DNA from: Macrostomum hystrix | Lineage: Eukaryota > Animalia > Platyhelminthes | DNA: 64,000 nt | Direction: 5' to 3' | Assembly: GCA_950097015.1 (NCBI GenBank) | Contig: CATNEN010000035.1 | Span: 682,001-746,000 of the forward strand | Shown: positions 60,654 to 64,000 of the stretch, piece by piece | Position numbering within the stretch: the first letter of the stretch is position 1 | Layout of the letters: every line of letters starts with the position of its first letter | Notes under the pieces: generated by a model | What the model saw: only the letters and a program-made list of their open reading frames with translations | Databases searched by the model: none | What the model was told of the DNA's origin: nothing | Program-made: the position numbers and the translations under genes

Positions 60654-63600
60654 ATGGCTTCCTCATCAACGTCGTCTTCGGCTTCCAAGAGGCCACGGCT
60701 GCGCCTAGAGCTGCCCTCAGTTGCCAGCTGTTCTTCCCTCGGCGTCGGCGGCAGCAGAAACGTCAAAAAGCAGTCCAACAGCCGCAGTGGTGGCCCCTCC
60801 CTCTCCCGCCAGCACTCGGACCAGCCTCCGGGGGCATCGGCGGCCTCCGCTGGCCGGCTCTGGCTCTGCCCGGACGACGATCTCGGCCGTCAGGCGGCTG
60901 ACAGCGCCGCCGAGGATCGGCGCCAGATGTGGACCGATCGGTACTCGCCAGAAAGCCGCGACGAGCTCTGCTTGCACAAGAGAAAGCTAGAAGAATTGGA
61001 GGCCTGCTTGCGCTCGCGACCCCGTCTGCTGCTCATTCACGGACCCTGCGGAGCTGGCAAATCAGCCGCTGTGCGAGTCCTTTGCCAGCAGCTCAACATG
61101 CGGCCGGCCTACCTGAGCGAGGAGTTGGACGCCTGCGCTGGCGTTGGCTCCACCGAGGCGCTGCAGGTGACACTCCGGCTTCACCGCCCTGCCTTCTCTG
61201 TCCCAACAAAGTCTTCCCTCCCATTCTCCAACCCCTTCGTACTTCTGTGCACTCTGTTATATTTGACCTTTCAACACTCACCCACCTGCCCTTCTCCGCC
61301 GGGCTTAACTACTCTCCGCCCTTTCCCCTTCGCCCTTTCCCCTCCGCACTTCCCCTCCACACTTTCCCCCTCGCCCTTTCCCCTCCGCACTTTCCCCTCC
61401 GCACTTTCCCCTCCGCACTTTCCCCTCCGCACTTTCCCCTCCGCACTTCCCCTCCGCACTTTCCCCTCCGCACTTTCCCCTCCGCACTTCCCCTCCGCAC
61501 TTCCCCTCCACACTTCCCCTCCGCACTTTCCCCTCCGCACTTTCCCCTCCGCACTTCCCCTCCGCACTTTCCCCTACGCCCTTTCCCCTCCGCACTTTCC
61601 CCTACGCCCTTTCCTCTCCGCCCTTGGCCACTCAACCCTTTCCCCTCCGCCCTTCGCCCAGCCAAGGCGTTTAACAGCCCCAATGTTCGCACCTTGGCAG
61701 GCTCTGGTTCGTCTAGCCAGATTTGGTCAGGCCGGTGTCATTGTGTGGGACGAGCCAACCCTGACGCCAACATTCGGCGAAAATCAGCAGGGCCAGTTTG
61801 GCTCCTCCGCCAGCGAGGCCCTGGTCCTGCGCTCTGTGCTAGATCAGTTCCTGGCCCGCTGTCGCGATGTCAGCCTGGTGCTCATCACATGCAATGAGCG
61901 ACTGGTGTCCCGCGATTGGCTGGAGGATAACGGAGCTGTCATACTGCAGGTAAACTTTCCACTGAGGATTTAAGCCAGTTATTTCAGTCGAATAAATCTA
62001 ATTCCACATGTAAATTGACATAATTAATCCTAATCTCTAGTGGTAATCGAACCAATTTGTCGAAATCAACAGGTAATTTGACCTGGCTAAACGAAATATA
62101 ACGAAATCGATCCCTGATATCAATAGATAGACCACTTTATACTGTTATACTGTTCTACTGTTAAGTTGACCCAATTTACCTAAACCTCATGGAGTTGACC
62201 TTCACCGAATAACCCCTGGTAATTGACCCGATTCTCCCAAATTCCCAGGTAAATAACCCATTTCGCTGTACCCAGTTAATTGAGTTGCTGTGATAATTGT
62301 CCCAACTCAGCGATTTAGTCCCTAATTCTGTTAATCACCGAAAATTCACATAAATCCCCCCACCCAGGTGAATCCGGTAGCCCGCACGCAGCTGGTTCGC
62401 TGCCTGAATGCCATCCTAACTCGTCGCCGCCTACGCCCGGCCTCCTACAAGTCGCTAATTGAATCCGTGGCCACGGCAGCCGACGGCGACATTCGAGCAG
62501 CCGTCTCCGGTTTGCAATTTAGCCTGCAATTCGCGCTGACTACTACTGGCAGTAGCTCGGGTGGGGTGCTGTTCAGAGATACGCCATATCAGCTGTTTCA
62601 CGCTGTGGGCAAATTGTTGCACGCCAAGAGGGCCGACACAGCGACTCGGGAGGCCGCACCGCCGCTGCTCGAAGAGCCCGAGACTGTCTCTGAGCGATGC
62701 AGCCTGCCTGTGGATCTGCTGCTTTCCTTCGTTCAGGTAAGCCTGCTTCAGAATTCCCTGGGGAACTGGAGAATGGTAGAGATTCAGCCACCCCTGAGGA
62801 TGATCGCAGAGATTCAGCCACCCCTGAGGATGATCACAGAGATTCAGCCACCCCTGAGGATGATCGCAGAGATTCAGCCACCCCTGAGGATGATCACAGA
62901 GATTCAGCCACCCCTGAGGATGATCGCAGAGATTCAGCCACCCCTGAGGATGATAGCAGAGATTCAGCCACCCCTGAGGATGATCGCAGAGATTCAGCCA
63001 CCCCTGAGGATGATCGCAGAGATTCAGCCACCCCTGAGGATGATCGCAGAGATTCAGCCACCCCTGAGGATGATCGCAGAGATTCAGCCACCCCTGAGGA
63101 TGATGGCAGAGATTCACCAGCCCTGAGGATGATGGCAGCGATTCAGCCACCCCTGAGGATGATCGCAGAGATTCAGCCACCCCTGAGGATGATAGCAGAG
63201 ATTCAGCCACCCCTGAGGATGATCGCAGAGATTCAGCCACCCCTGAGGATGATCGCAGAGATTCAGCCACCCCTGAGGATGATCGCAGAGATTCAGCCAC
63301 CCCTGAGGATGATCGCAGAGATTCAGCCACCCCTGAGGATGATCGCAGAGATTCAGCCACCCCTGATGATGATCGCAGAGATTCACCAGCCCTGAGGATG
63401 ATGGCAGAGATTCACCAGCCCTGAGGATGATGGCAGAGATTCACCAGCCCTGAGGATGATGGCAGAGATTCAGCACCCCTGAGTTGCCGCTTGAATTGAT
63501 TAAAATGTAATCCCATTCTGATCCCGCAGACAAACGCGGCTGTCCACTTCTCCCAGGACGCCATCGAGCCGTTGGCCATGCTTTCCGATGCCTTCAGTCT

Positions 63601-63952
63601 GTCCGACAGGCTGTCGGCAGCCTGGAACACCGAGTCTGACGCCAAGCCGCAGGCGATCTCTCTGGCCAGCCGGGCCCTGGTCTATCACCTGTTCGGCCCG
63701 AATCGAGCACCAAATCAGTTCCGACCGATTCGCAAGCCGCCAAAATTGTCTGCTGCCGCTTTCGCCGGCACCGCGTCCGCCGCTCGGGCGGGCATTGACG
63801 CTTTCTACGCTCCGGCCTGCCTGCGACATCGGCTTGCTAAGTCCGCTTCCTCTGCTGCCGCGTCAACTGCCGCCGGCGGCGCCAGGTTTGTCATCTGCCC
63901 GGAGCCGGACCTCCAGCTCGAGGCCACCATTGTCGATGACGATTGGGATTAA
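60654..63952 (+). CDS. RAD17: Cell-cycle checkpoint clamp loader RAD17, ~517 aa; exons 60654-61166, 61701-61949, 62368-62736, 63530-63952
   Basis: WTDRYSP...ELCLHKRKLEE, Walker A GPCGAGKS, NPVA, GDIRAA..LQF, RD..YQLFHAVGKLLHAKR, and an acidic tail TIVDDDWD*. All introns are phase 0. Confidence 0.92.
61310..61650. repeat. C-rich 14-15-nt minisatellite (TTTCCCCTCCGCAC[T], ~23 copies), RAD17 intron 1
   Basis: Direct inspection. Confidence 0.95.
62775..63480. repeat. Minisatellite, 29-30-nt unit (GAGATTCAGCCACCCCTGAGGATGATCGCA, ~23 copies), RAD17 intron 3
   Basis: Direct inspection. Confidence 0.95.
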
Positions 63953-64000
63953 ATAGTTTTTTGTGTTCACAACAATGGAACTCTTTTAGTGGATTTACAC

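Noticed and set aside
29220-63480. CRISPR-like appearance of regularly spaced short repeats
   Set aside because: The units are head-to-tail with no unique spacers, there are no cas genes, and the context is spliceosomal introns.

Overview
Eukaryotic (metazoan) genomic DNA: GC-rich exons in AT-rich, repeat-laden introns. A flatworm-type paramyosin, an apparently SL-dependent start codon and massive intronic minisatellites fit a free-living flatworm such as Macrostomum best (inference, no search run). I assembled eight intron-phase-consistent gene models by hand. In order: a cGAS-like/Mab-21 nucleotidyltransferase with intact catalytic motifs (+, 7697-9845); paramyosin (+, 13398-19177); a DEG/ENaC channel (-, 23089-20602); a Flower/CACFD1 homolog missed by the ORF track (+, 25985-28513); TRAPPC11 (+, 29985-49563, 15 coding exons); a single-exon six-CCHC-knuckle protein with a mitochondrial-presequence-like N-terminus (+, 54359-54904); CEP19 (+, 55105-58395, no genomic ATG at the expected position); and RAD17 (+, 60654-63952). 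Mobile DNA includes a young intact IS630/Tc1 element with an unusual DD30E spacing, a Merlin/ISXO2 transposase relic, several MITEs and two tRNA-derived SINE families, one with a hammerhead-like hairpin. About 19 different minisatellite arrays are present, most of them one per intron. Most long ORFs in the supplied track are repeat or antisense artefacts. The strongest leads are the CCHC-CEP19 dicistron (SL-donated AUG, possible mitochondrial zinc-knuckle protein), the cGLR-like enzyme and the DD30E transposon.
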